Below are positions 42,852 to 54,792 of a stretch of DNA of 64,000 nt, piece after piece; the first letter of the stretch is position 1, and every line of letters begins with the position of its first letter. The position numbers and the translations under genes were made by a program. The DNA is from Mobula hypostoma (Eukaryota): positions 231,448,001 through 231,512,000 of the forward strand of contig NC_086097.1 in assembly GCF_963921235.1 (NCBI RefSeq). The letters are read 5' to 3'. The notes under the pieces were generated by a model that did not search any database, had not been told where the DNA came from, and saw nothing but the letters and a program-made list of their open reading frames with translations.

Positions 42852-43050
42852 CAGTACTTTTGATAGTATTCTAATTTGTTCTGTATTTCATTTAAATAAA
42901 TAATTTGTTACTCAGTTAAACAGCAGTTTGTCTTTTTTTTTTCATACTTTTTTAACTATTTCCATGAAACTTTGGCTAATTGGGGCAGCCGCTTAGTTGA
43001 GCCAAAATGTACTTGTCCTAATGTGTCGCAATTAACTGGAATCCATTGTA
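42852..43050. mobile_element. Tigger/pogo-like DNA transposon end
   Basis: Ends ...AATTAACTGGAATCCATTG|TA; reverse complement of the 54282-54480 fragment. Confidence 0.55.
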
Positions 43051-43971
43051 ATTTTAAAATTGGTTTGTAACGAAGAGGATCACTGACTGAAATAACAAAG
43101 TATCATGAAGAAGTGACTAAACTGAGAATATATATTTTGGGTAATGTAGGGATGGAAAGTATTGTAAAGAAGGAATATTCAAGATATTCCTGGTAAGGTG
43201 CACTGACTGGAATCTTAAAGTCTATAATAATTGTCTTATGTACTAAACAATACTGTACAGATGAGGAAATTAACTGGACTTTGAACCTGAAAGAAAATTT
43301 TAACAATTTGAATGCTACTTGCATACTGTAAATCAGTTGGGGCAAAAATAAGACATGCTGACGATCTTGCACAACAGCCTGTCATTTCTCTCAGCTTATG
43401 TCAGAATAGCATTACATTTGTATCATTGTATATGCTTCAAGAGTAAGTCAAAAAGAAACGGAGTACAAGTTTGGAGGAAATATAATACTGTGAGCAATGG
43501 GTAATTCAGGTGGCCCAGACAAGGATGGGGGGCAGGCAAGGGAGAAAATGTTACCTCTCGCATGGCACAGGTCACAATTAATTTTGAGTCATTCATCCAA
43601 AACAAATTTAAATAATGTGAACTGTGCTTTTATGTACAAAAAGCTTTATCTTTAGAAATTTTGTGGCTATATAAAACTGCAATAAAATTTCAAATTGTAA
43701 CATTTAAAGTAGGGAACAGTTTATATTTAACAATATAGCTAGTCAATTAATTCTGTAATTATAAACATAATAAATTATGGAAAACCCATGTAAACAAAAA
43801 TTAGTTATGGTGGCTGAAAACCAATTGTACTGCAAGAAACATAACTGGTACAGATGAATTAGAAACAGCAATTGCTTTAAAATGTTATGTTTATTGATAT
43901 GAACAGTATGGAAAGAGCAACACAATAAACAGTAGCTCATGTGAAACAAACGGTAAATATGAATTTAAGTC

Positions 43972-44410
43972 AGCTTGTGGTGTAGTGGCATCAGCACTAG
44001 ACTTTGAGGTGGATGGTCCTGGGTTCAAATCTGGGCGACTCCTTGCAGTGTTGAGTTAGCAACTCAACCTTGTAAACAATGTTTCCTCTGATTTGTAATG
44101 AGCAGTGTGCGCTAAAATCTTTGCTGTGCGATTTTTTGCCTAGTGACAACTGAATAAGTTCTTCAATTAAAAATAGTATAAATAAGCTACTTCTAAAATC
44201 TGCAGACAAATCATCGCAAATTCCACTTTGTCAGCACAGTCCGCGTCAGAAACCAGAAAAGAAAATGTGATGTTCATGATTGTGAAATATACTTAACATG
44301 TCAACGAGGTAGAGGGAGACAACCTGTTGTGTACGTTTTAAATTCCATTGTGCACTAGTAGCAGAAGGTGTGTGCGTGCGCACAAATGCACACCTTAAAA
44401 GGGAACATTG
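43972..44410. mobile_element. tRNA-headed SINE fragment followed by a hAT-like MITE (44077-44410)
   Basis: GGTGTAGTGG...GGTTCAAATC A/B boxes (similar head at about 5055-5165); TIRs CAATGTTTCC / GGGAACATTG with imperfect flanks CTTGTAAA/CTCAGAAA. Confidence 0.55.
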
Positions 44411-45385
44411 CTCAGAAAAAAACACAAAATGCTAAAGAAATGGCATGTTTGCCGCCCGATGCGCCGCAAGGTGCAGAGAGGAATAACTGTGAACTTGGAG
44501 TGGATTAGGGATCATAGAAAACAGGTGCAGGAGTAGGCCATTTGGCCCTTCGAGCATGCACCGCCATTCAGTATGATCATGGCTGATCATCCAACTCAGA
44601 ACCCTGTACCAGCCTTCCCTCCATACCCCCGATCCCATTGATTTCTCTTCACTGATACCAGAGTCAATAATTATAGATTATTTAGTTACTCAACTTTTAT
44701 GCCATTTCATACCTATCTAAAGCAAATTTTAACTTGAGTGACTTTCTATTTTAAGATAACTTGAATAAAACTATATTATTAAATAAGTAATTGATATGTC
44801 CTGCAAGAACAAAACATGGGATTAGAGGCTTTTCCATTAAGCAGCTGAGCAGTTATGTTATGGTGCAGTAAAGTTGCAGTATCATCTTTCTGTTGGCAAT
44901 AATTCATACATACGAAAGCACCCACCTGTCAAAGCCCTCTCAAACCTTGTGTTTTGAGAAGATCTCTCATTCTTCCATACTTCATTGAATACAGATCCAA
45001 CTTATTAGACCATTTTTCAAGTGTAAACTCCTTCATCCAGGGAATCAACCTGGTGAATCTTCCCTGCACTGTTTCCTTTGCAAGTTTATACTTAAATATG
45101 ACCAAAGACTGTTTCCTCAGCGCCTCCAGCTGCTATATTCCATTCCCTAATGGGCAAAGTTCCATTAAGGCCCTAGTTGTTAGCATGTAGATACATGAAA
45201 TAATGTTTCATGCTCCAGGATCCCCACTTTACTGCAAGATTTTGCAGTTTTACTCCATTTAACCACTCAATATATTGTGACCAACCCAATGTGCTCTTAT
45301 CTTGTATCATAGACTTTTATGTCAAATGCCTCTGGAACTGTAAATGTCATGCTCTACATAGCATTTGAAAAGTAAATGATTTAAT

Positions 45386-45933
45386 TGTAACCCTCAGGTT
45401 CTGTCGGCTGAGTAAGTCTAAGGAAGACAATCTCTAGCCCCGCCAAACGTGTGAAATTGAGGTCCAAAACCTTCTGTTTGTGTGGATGCTGCGTGATGTG
45501 TCACCCTGTTACAAATCAGTACCACGAAATAACTGACAGTACACCATATGCAATTAAACGATTTAGCTTTATAATTCTTAATTTGACTAAAAGATTAGTC
45601 AAGAAAGACAAAAAGAAAAGGGCTCATTTTAATGAAACAGTTTAATGTGCACAAGTTGGAGCTCATGGTTTTCCTTTCGCTGGTCCTCCATCAATTTCCC
45701 CGGGCTTTGTTCACTCCCGGTCCCACTCCACATCTACGATCTCTCCTTTCTGGCGTCTTCTCTTTCCATCTCCCACCAAACAGGACCCAGATCACCTCGG
45801 TGTCAGGCACACAGCACGAAAACACACTCCCCTCATTGGATGGCTTGCACCCGTTATCTCTAACCATAACCCAAACACGGCTTCTACAGAAAGACCATTA
45901 TGTTAGCAATTGAACCTTTCCCAGGGTGTTACA
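45386..45933. mobile_element. Solo LTR (548 bp) with 4-bp TSD
   Basis: TAAT|TGTAACCC...GGTGTTACA|TAAT. Confidence 0.88.
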
Positions 45934-46669
45934 TAATAAAAAGAAAATACCAGCCAAGAATGTGAAAACTATTTGGAGGAATTATTAGAAATTTGCAGCA
46001 CAAAAGGAATTCATTGTTGTAATGCCAACTGGATGTGAAGCATTTAGCTCATTCCCATTTCCTTGTTTGCAGTGCATTGCCTTGTAGATTATGGTTATTC
46101 AAGGACCATCCAGATATTTTTTTTAAAACCTGTAATGGGTTCTGCCTCCACCATCATTTCAGACGCACTCAGTGAGTGTGGGGGAAGAAAAATCTTAATC
46201 TAACTAGGATCATCAGCTTCACAGCTAAAAATGATTTCATTATTTTCATTAGTTATTCTTTGAATAATATTGAGGCTTTTTGCTAACACTGGTAATTTTC
46301 TCTTTTGTACACTCCAGCCTTGATGTAGTCAGAAGGATGGTACTCAACCAACATCTCGATAAATAAAAGCTATGGAAAATTCAGTCAGTTATGTTTGGCA
46401 GTGCCGTTGTGAGTTTGATGTGTGAGTAACAGAACTTTCTACGGTGGCTACAGTTTTCTTGCCAAATGGAAAGTGAAGCATGTCCTGTTTGCCTTTGAAC
46501 CTCAACCCAGTTCTTTGGCTCTTCATGGTGACTGCACCAACTTGATATTGCTAGACTAAGGATTTGCTGTCAAGGTTCTTCTAGTTATTAGGAATATTGA
46601 ATTTTTTCAGACCTTGCTAAATCCTGTCGGTGTGTCAAATCTCATTTATTTTCTGTGTTCTGATGCTGA

Positions 46670-46915
46670 GATACATCCTAGGATGCACTGGGTCACATCA
46701 TGAGTAATGTAATCTGAGGTCATCGGGTGTTTCGGGTCTTTCAACAACACTTGCCCAGACGACCTAGCCAGGGTTGATCAGGCTCCAGCTTGTGTCCCAG
46801 CAACATTGGTCCACGGTTACACTACTTGATCCACAGCCGTCTGGAGGCTCATTCAGCAGCCTCTAAGACAATTCTGATGGCTTTTTTCTTTGCAGCCCTC
46901 ACATAGCCATGGGAA
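46670..46915 (-). mobile_element. HERO-like 3' fragment
   Basis: GGGTGTTTCGGGTCTTTCAAC...TGATCAGGCTCCAGCTTGTGTCC is shared with 9470-9690. Confidence 0.55.
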
Positions 46916-47424
46916 GAGTAGGTTCTGCAGAGCAAACTGCTAGTAAAACTTTACACCCCACCTCTGTAGGCTCGTATTGTGCCATCTACTGTTGTCTTTG
47001 TTTTCTTGTTAATAATAAAATGCCATAGCCAAATTTAAGCACAATTTTATAGCTGCATTCTTACTGAGTTAAAGGCTTTCTGTAAGTTCATGATTATTGT
47101 GTAGACTTGATTCCTGTTCTCAGCTTTCTCTTGTATAAATTCCAGTTATGAAGAACATGGCTGATGTGGAGCCAAAGGGTCAAGGGTTTAAGGTAATGAA
47201 TCAAGGCTGGCATTTCCTTGCACACTTTCAGGTTGCTTGTTAAATAGAGGTCCCAACTCTTAATTGATAGGAAATCAAGGAGTTTGGTCAACACTTGTCT
47301 CTCACTGAGCTTGAATAAAATTTAATATTTGGTCTAAATTCTGTATACAAATTGTTTGCTATGTTTGAATCTAATGGAATAGACACTACATTTAAAGTGA
47401 TTGTTAAAGTAATTTAAAGTAATT

Positions 47425-50017
47425 GTTAAGTGAAGAAGGAGGACACTACCGTGGCTGACAAGTGAGGTCCAAGCCATAGTAAAAGCAAAAGAGAGGGCAT
47501 ACAAGGAAGCCAAAACTATTGGGAAGCTAGAGGATTGGGAAGCTTTTAAAAACTTAGAAACAGAAAACCTACAGCAAAATACAGGCCCTTCAGCCCACAA
47601 TGCTGTGCCAAACATGTACATACTATAGAAATTGCCCAGGGTTACCCATAGCCCTCTATTTTTCTAAGCTCCATGTACCTATCCAGGAGTCTCTGTGTGT
47701 GTGGGGCGGGGGGGGGGAGGTGCGGAGTCTTACCCCTGAAGGAACTTGCAGAAGGAAACTAAGAAAGTCATTAGGAAGGAAAAGATGAATTATGAAAGGA
47801 AGCTGGTGACTAATATCAAAGATGATACCAAAAGCTTTAAGTATTACCCTCACTAATTTTTATAGATGCACCGTAAAAAGCATTCTTCTAGGGTGCATCA
47901 CAACCTGGTATGGAAGTTGTCCTGTCGAAGACCGGAAGAAGCTGCAGAAGATCGTGAACACGGCGCAGCACATCACACAAACCAATCTTCCGTCCTTGGA
48001 CTCCCTTTGCACTGCATGCTGTCGGAACAGTGCTGCCAGGATAATCAAGGACATGACCCACCCAGCCAACACACATTTCGTCCCCCTTCCCTCAGGGAGA
48101 AGGCTCAGGAGCTTGAAGACTTGTATGGCCAGATTTGGGAACAGCTTCTTTCCAACTGTGATAAGACTGCTGAACGGATCCTGACCCAGATCTGGGCCGT
48201 ACCCTCCAAATATCCGGACCTGCCTCTTAGTTTTTTTTTTTGCACTACCTTACTTTCCCTTTTCTATTTTCTATTTATGATTTATAATTTAAATTATTAA
48301 TATTTACTATTGATTTGTAATCCAGGGAGCGGGAAGCGCAGAATCAAATATCACTGTGATGATTGTATGCTCTAGTATCAATTGTTTGGCGACAATAAAG
48401 TAAAGTCAATATATAAAGGGTAAAAGAGAGTCAAGGGTAGATATAGGACCAATAGAAAATAATGCTGGAGATATTGTAATGAGAGGTGCAGAGATGGCAA
48501 AGGAACTGAATGCGTATTTTGCATCAGTCTTCACAGTGGAAAACATCTGCAGTATACCAGACATTCAAGAGTGTCAGAGAAGTGAAGTATGTGCAGTGAA
48601 AATTACGACAGAGAAGGTGCTCAGGAAGCTTAATGGTCTGAGGGTGGATAAGTCTCCTGGACCTGATGGAATGCCCCCTCGGGTTCTGAAGGAAGTAGCT
48701 GGAGAGATTGCGGAGGCATTAACAATGATCTTTCAAGAATCGATAGATTCTGGCATTGTACCGGATGACTGGAAAATTGCAAATGTTACTCCACTATTTA
48801 AGAAGGGTGGGAGGCAGCAGAAAAGAAACTATAGACCTGTTGGCCTGCCATCAGTGGTTGGGAAGATGTTGGAATCGATTGTTAGGGATGAGATTACGGA
48901 GTACCTGGAGGCACATGACAAGACAGGCCAAAACCAGCATGGTTTCCTGAAAGGAAAATCCTGCCTGACCAACCTGCTGCAATTTATTGAGGAAATTACA
49001 ACCACGGTAGACCAAGGAGCTGCAGTAGATGTGGTGTACTTGGATTTTTAGAGCGTCTTTGACAAGGTGCTGCAAATGAAGCTGCTTAGCAAGATAAGAG
49101 CCCATGGAATTGCAGGAAGTTACTAGCATGGGGTTACAAAGATACGTGGAGGGGTGGGTAGTGTTGAGGAAACAGAGAGCCTGCAGAGAGTCTTAGATAG
49201 TTTTGGGGAGTGGCAAATGAAATATAGTGATGGAAAGTGTATGGTCATGCACTTTGGTGGAAGAAATAAATCTATTATTTAGATGGGTCGAGAATTCAAA
49301 ATGCAGAGATGTGCAGGATGCCCTAAAGGTTAACCTCCAGGTTGAGTCGGTGGTGAAGAAGGTGAATGCAATGTTGGCATTCATTTCTGGAGGTGTAGAA
49401 TATAAGACCAAGGATGTGATGTTGAGCCTCTATAAGGCACTCATGAGACCACACTTGGAGTATTGTGTGCAGTTTTGGGCTTCTTATTTTAGAAAGGGTA
49501 TGTTGACATTGGAGAGAGTTCAGAGAAGATTCACAAGAGTGATTCCAGGAATTAAAGGTTTACCATATGAGGAACGTCTGGGTGCTCTTGGGCTGTGTTC
49601 CCTGGAGTTCAATGAGAGGAGATCTCATAGAAACATTCCGAATGTTAAAAGACCTGAACAGGCTAGATATGGCAAAGTTATTTCCCCATGGTAGGGGAGT
49701 CTAGGAGAAGAGGGCACGACTTCAGGATTGAAGGACGTCCATTTAGAACAGAGATGTGGAGAAATTACTTCAGTCAGGGGGTGCTAAGTCTGTGGAATTT
49801 ATTGCCACAAGTGGCTGTGGAGGCCAAGTCATTGGGTGTATTTAAGGCAGAGATAGACAGGTTCTTGATTAGCCAGTGCATCAGAGGGTATGGGAAGAAG
49901 GCAGGGGAGTGGGGATGACTGGAAGAATTGGATCAGCCCATGATTGAATGGTGGGGCAGACTCGATGGGCACAATGGCCTACCTCTGCTCCTATATGCTA
50001 TGGTCTTCTGGTCTTAA
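47425..50017 (+). mobile_element. Degenerate CR1 LINE ORF2 and 3' end with nested insertions
   Basis: ORF 48479..49051 (KSPGPDG..WKIANVTPLFKKG..NYRPV..QHGFLKGKSCLTNL) and ORF 49227..49694; an inverted CR1 tail is nested at about 47555-47690. Confidence 0.9.
47845..48406 (+). mobile_element. Rex/Babar LINE 3' end nested in CR1
   Basis: LTNFYRCTVKSILLGCITTWYG...LPSGRRLRS..NSFFPTVIRLLN; AATAAAGTAAAGT tail. Confidence 0.85.
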
Positions 50018-50029
50018 GACAGGAAATAA

Positions 50030-51020
50030 AAGTGTGGTAGCGTTCATGGGTCAATGTCTCTTCAGAAATCGGATGGCAGAGGAGAAAAAGCCATTCCTGT
50101 GCCTTAGTTGAGTGTGTTAAGTGTGTGCCTTCAGGTTCCTGTACCTCCTTCCTCAAGGTAGCAATGAGAAGGCGGCATGTCCTGATTGATGGGGTCCTTA
50201 ATAATGGACGCCACTTTTTTGAGTCATCACTCCTTGAAGATGACCTGGATACTATGTAGGCTAGTGCTCATGATGGAGCTGACGAAGTTTACAACTCTCT
50301 GGAGCTTACTTGGATCTTGTACAAGTAGCCCCCTACCCCCATATCATACAGTGATGCAGCCAGTTAGAATGCTGTCACATTACATTTGTAAAAAGTTGCA
50401 TTCAAGACAAGTCAGGGAAATTATAATAGAGAAACATAAAACCGTGGAAGGGTACAAGACAAAGGCACTGAACCTGTTTCTGGAGTTCAGTGTAGTCCAT
50501 CATGAAGAGGTGAAAGAAATGCGACAGCACAGCCACACTGCCTAGGTCAGGCTGCCCCTCCAAACTTGTCAGAGAAAAATAGCACTTGTAAGAGAGGTTT
50601 CTGTGAAGCCAACAGTCACCTGAATGAGCTTCAGAAGTCAATGGCTGCAACTGGAGATGAAATTCATGGCTTTGCAGTCTTTAAGGCCTTGCACAAAAAT
50701 GTTATTTATGGAAGAGTGGCAAGGAAGAAGCCCTGGATTTTAAAAAGAATTATTATAGTCAGATGAGACAAAAGTGGAACTTCTTGGTCTCAAAACTAAG
50801 GTGTAAATCTAGTACTGTTCATCAGCCAGGTAACACTATCCCTGCTGTAAAGTATAGTGAAGGTAGCATCATGCTATGGGGATGCTTTTCAGCAGCAGGG
50901 ACTGGAAATCTGCTCAGGATTGATGGGAAGACGAATGCTGCTAAATCCTGGATAAAAACCTGCTACCCTCTGCTCGAAAGCTTAAACTGGGGAGGAAATT
51001 CGCCTTTCAATTTAGCCACT
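50030..51020. mobile_element. Rex-like 3' fragment (-) adjoining a degenerate Tc1 (+, about 50390-51020)
   Basis: Tc1 peptides IIEKHK..GYK and PAVKYSEGSIMLWGCFSAAGTG. Confidence 0.65.
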
Positions 51021-52167
51021 AGCCAGTAGTCTGTCAGAGTCTTAACAGTTAACCTGGGATATTTATGAAGGAGATTGATTTAAGCAGGATTTTCTCCTCC
51101 TAAACATATTATGGATGTTATTGATAAGTAGGTAAAATAAAATTATTTTGAGTCTGTTTGATACTCCTTTCTTCAACACCTCCCTCCCTCCACCCACACT
51201 TTTAAGATGAATGTCAGTGATATTGTCATCATGCATATGTTTTAACTTGATTTTGCATAAGTTTATATGTAATCTTCATGCTGCCTACTTATTATCAGTG
51301 CACATCTGATTTCTTAATGTGTTTTGTTTAGTCCTTAGCCCAAGTACTGGATGTGCCTTTCAACTTGTGTCAGTCAGTATCTGTAACTGCATTGCAGATG
51401 TTTGAAACTACCTCTGTGAAGGTGACAAAAGGATGTTCAAGGATACTGCTGTAAAACCATGAACAAATTAGCAAAAAAACATTTTAGTTATCTCTGATTT
51501 CCAGATATCTTGGCTGTGCATCTTGTCTTTTTGCAGTCTTATAAAAGACTTAAAACTGTTGAAATGAGTATTTTAAATCTAAACGTGTTTATTTGCTAGG
51601 AAAGCTTATAAGATACAGCAATGAGACAGTTTTATGTATTAGATGTTTGGTGTGTCATATAATATAGCTGATAATACAGCAAAATCATAGGTACATATTT
51701 TAACTGAAATAGGTAATGAATATGTTAAATTCACAGATATCTCAGTACATACGAACATGTATATATGAATCCAAATGAGTGTTTTGTGACCTTTGTGTGA
51801 TTTTTCACAATCAATCAAACAGTTGTAATGCCATGACATTGTTTCAAAGTTGATCACTTTAAAGAACATCTTCTACCAATAATTTGCTCTGAATCCAACA
51901 ATTTGCATACCTCATTAATGTTTTTGCTTTCTCAGTGGTATCATACTTCCTGGCAATAGTAAATATTCAAATACCACCATTAACCTCACATTTTAACTTG
52001 TAGGGATTTTAGTTTGTTCATCTTTACTGATGCAACAAAAATGAACTGTCTGCCAAATGCCATCTCATAACCGTAGCTCAGATAAGTTTTGTTTGTTGTT
52101 CTTTTTTTTAGAATACTCCATTGTTTCAATGTAAATATACAAATAGCTTCAAATTGCATTTAGAGAA

Positions 52168-52320
52168 TAGCAACATACAAGGAGTGCTGGTGAAATCAGC
52201 AGACCAGGCAGCGTCTATGAAAAAGAGTAAGTAAACAGTAACATTTCGGACCAAGATTCTTCATCAGGACTCTGGCATTTTGTGTGTGTTGCTTTGGATT
52301 TCCAGCATCTGCAGATTTTC
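52168..52320. mobile_element. Short Penelope-derived element with inverted ends and a degenerate hammerhead (52237-52271, -)
   Basis: AGCAACATACAAGG... / ...TTTTGTGTGTGTTGCTTTGGATTTCCAGCATCTGCAGATTT. Confidence 0.65.
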
Positions 52321-52495
52321 GCCATCTTTAGAGAATATCATTTAGTTTTTCCTTTGTCTAAAAAGTAAACCTGAATTAGAATATTTGAAAACCAGTTATT
52401 AAATTAATCTATTAGGCTCCCAACTTCATAGAATGACATTGTCAAATGTATGGATGGAAAGTGAGTACTGTTTTCAGTCTTGCTCCTATTGTGAT

Positions 52496-52671
52496 TAATG
52501 CATAGCTATAGCTGGCTGAAGGGGACCAAATCCGTTGAAAAGTTGACTTGGTTCCATTTTCAATCTGCAGATGCTGGAAATGCAAGCAACACACTCAAAA
52601 TGCTGGAGGAGCTGAGCAGTACTGGAGAAAAAAAGATGAGGGTTCATTTTACCAGCTTTAGGAAAGCATTG
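52496..52671 (-). ncRNA. mir-133a-1: miR-133a precursor (miR-133a-1 ortholog by position), interrupted by a 90-bp insertion; possibly a pseudogene; 3p arm UUUGGUCCCCUUCAGCCAGCUA at 52509-52530
   Basis: Deleting 52561-52650 gives AAUGCUUUCCUAAAGCUGGUAAAAUGGAACCAAGUCAACUUUUCAACGGAUUUGGUCCCCUUCAGCCAGCUAUAGCUAUGCAUUA, which aligns end to end with vertebrate mir-133a hairpins. Confidence 0.92.
52561..52650. mobile_element. Penelope-like terminal-repeat fragment inserted in the miR-133a 5p arm
   Basis: AATCTGCAGATGCTGGAAATGCAAGCAACACACTCAAAATGCTGG matches element ends at about 1657 and 33321; flanked by duplicated CATTTT (52555-52560 and 52645-52650). Confidence 0.88.
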
Positions 52672-52924
52672 GCTATTGAGAAATGTATTTCTTTATGTTC
52701 TCAGTTTGCCAGCTTCCCCTCCTCAGTAAAACCGTTGATATTATTTGTTTCTACATCTTTTGGTTTAAACATTCGCAGTTTTGTCCTTGAACACCTGTTT
52801 GAGCAGAGTTGATTTGTTCAGAATGTTCCACTAGATGAATTATTATGACTAATGTTACATTGTGTTTCGTAATTGGGTGTTCTGCTTAATGCTGCTTCTA
52901 GCACCATGTCACTGTCATTTTATT

Positions 52925-53252
52925 CAAGTGTCATGTGGTGCAACTGTAGTGACAAAGTCAGCTGTAAATTGAGTTCACAATAAAGCAATAAAATGCGTTT
53001 GGATGGCTGGTTGAAGAGCAATGTGCTTTCAAGCAGTGACTATATCCAGAGACCACTGGCAACTGTGCTAGTACGTGTCAGTTGCTGGTCCTGGGACCAT
53101 ATTGTTCCTTTCAGGATGCATTTGGTTTCTGGAAGGGTGTCTCATAGGCCCAACACAGCATACCACATTACAGGATCCCTTCCATGTGGTCAGCTGTACT
53201 TCCTAAAGTGCCTTGGTTGTCATTGAGGCCCTAGTGCAGTGCCTGTCAGATG
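52925..53252. promoter_or_regulatory. E-box cluster between miR-1 and miR-133, candidate intragenic myogenic enhancer
   Basis: Ten CANNTG motifs in about 330 bp, including two CAGCTG. Confidence 0.45.
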
Positions 53253-53334
53253 TGTTTTCACAAGTATTCAAAAATATCCAGGAAGTACTGAAGAAATGCA
53301 AGTTTAAAAAATACAGACTAAAATTAACAAGCAA

Positions 53335-53572
53335 TACTTAACTGGAGGAACTCAGTGGGTTGAGTAACATCTGTAAGGTGAGAGGTGGTGGAGGAACTGT
53401 TGACATTTTGAGTTAAATCCCTGCATCAGATCTCATAAGGTCCTGGTGCGGGGTTTCAGCCTGCAATATCCTCAATTCTTTTCCCTCACCCCTCACAGAT
53501 GTGACTCAACCCACTGAGTTCCTCCAGCAAGTGCTTGTCATCCACGTCCCAGCATCTGCAGTTTCTTGTGAC
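53335..53572. mobile_element. Palindromic Penelope-derived element
   Basis: CTGGAGGAACTCAGTGGGTTGAGT.ACATCTGT / ACAGATGTGACTCAACCCACTGAGTTCCTCCAG inverted arms. Confidence 0.7.
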
Positions 53573-54281
53573 TGCAAAGATCCTTGTACAGATAAAAGTA
53601 AATGCATTTGAACTAAAGTTGTCAATGTTTACGTATGGTGCTGCAGGCAGATATTTGTCCTCTTTCACTTCATTGGACTGTTGTACAACAATAACTTGAA
53701 GACCGAGAGAGAAAATTGAACACCTCTGTGCAGAGCCATTGGTTAAGACACATCCACTGGCACAGTTCAGATCTGGTTGACACTTACCTGGACCAGAGAC
53801 TGCAGTTCCTCCAGTAGATCTGTGATTTTGATGCTTTAATGCTAAATAATATCAACATCTGTGTACTGTGTGTAAGGCAGATGCTTGGAAAGTTTAATGT
53901 ACAATCAGCAAATGCTCAAGTTTCTGTATGATCTGAGGTAGTCTGTTTGAAAGGTGTGACTTTCGTGATTGGAAAAGATGTATAGTACTGCTTTAAAAAG
54001 GAAGTGTTCTACTGTTATTGTATTAACAGTGACCTGCCTTCTGTTCTTGAAATGTGTCTGATTCGAAAGGTAAATGAAAATTCTCAAAGCAATGTGTATT
54101 TTTGATTTGTATTTTGCCAGTATTTGTTACTGGAAGGTCCGACATAGATTTGGTTAAAGTAATGCAAAACAAAGCTCCTTGAATATGAACGAAGTATGAT
54201 ATTTTGACTTCTGGTGTAGTAGTGAGAAAAGAAAATTGCATTTTGTTTTTCTGTGATCGTTCATTGTATTAAGAATAGGAG

Positions 54282-54600
54282 TACAGTGGATTTTGGTTAA
54301 TTTGAACATATCGGGACCAATTCATTTTGGCCCAGTTAAGTGGCTGCCCTGATTAGCCAAAGTTTTACAAACAGTTAAAAAGATATAAAGAAAGACTAAT
54401 CACTTTTTAATGGAGTAACAACTGTGTATTTAAATGAAATACAGAACAAATTAGAACACTACAAATACTATTACAGTACTATAAAACTGTTAGCTCCTAA
54501 TAGTTATCGACAAATCCCGTGTATATTGCTGTGTTCTGTTGATTAGCTGTAAAGAAACAAAATCAGTGTAGACACCTTGTGCAGATAATGGACTACCTCT
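54282..54600. mobile_element. Tigger/pogo-like DNA transposon end
   Basis: TA|CAGTGGATTTTGGTTAATT start; inverted relative at 42852-43050. Confidence 0.55.
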
Positions 54601-54792
54601 TCCCACCTCCCCACCTCCCCCCCCCGCAGCCTTTCCTCCCCACCTCCCTCCCCCCCGCAGCCTTTCCTCCCCACCTCCCTCCCTCCGCAGCCTTTCCTCC
54701 CCACCTACCCCCCCCCACACAGCCTGTCCTCTCTCACCCCCCCCCCGTGGCTCTCTTCCCCGTCTTCCCCCCCCCCAACAGCTCTCTTCCCC
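54597..54792. repeat. C-rich minisatellite, unit of about 30 bp (CCTTTCCTCCCCACCTCCCYCCCYCCGCAG)
   Basis: Three to four recognisable units followed by degenerate poly-C runs. Confidence 0.85.

Noticed and set aside
52509..52530. Assignment as miR-133b (miR-206/133b cluster)
   Set aside because: The partner is canonical miR-1 rather than miR-206, the 5p arm is 133a-type (GCUGGUAAAAUGGAACC), and the host gene is mib1.
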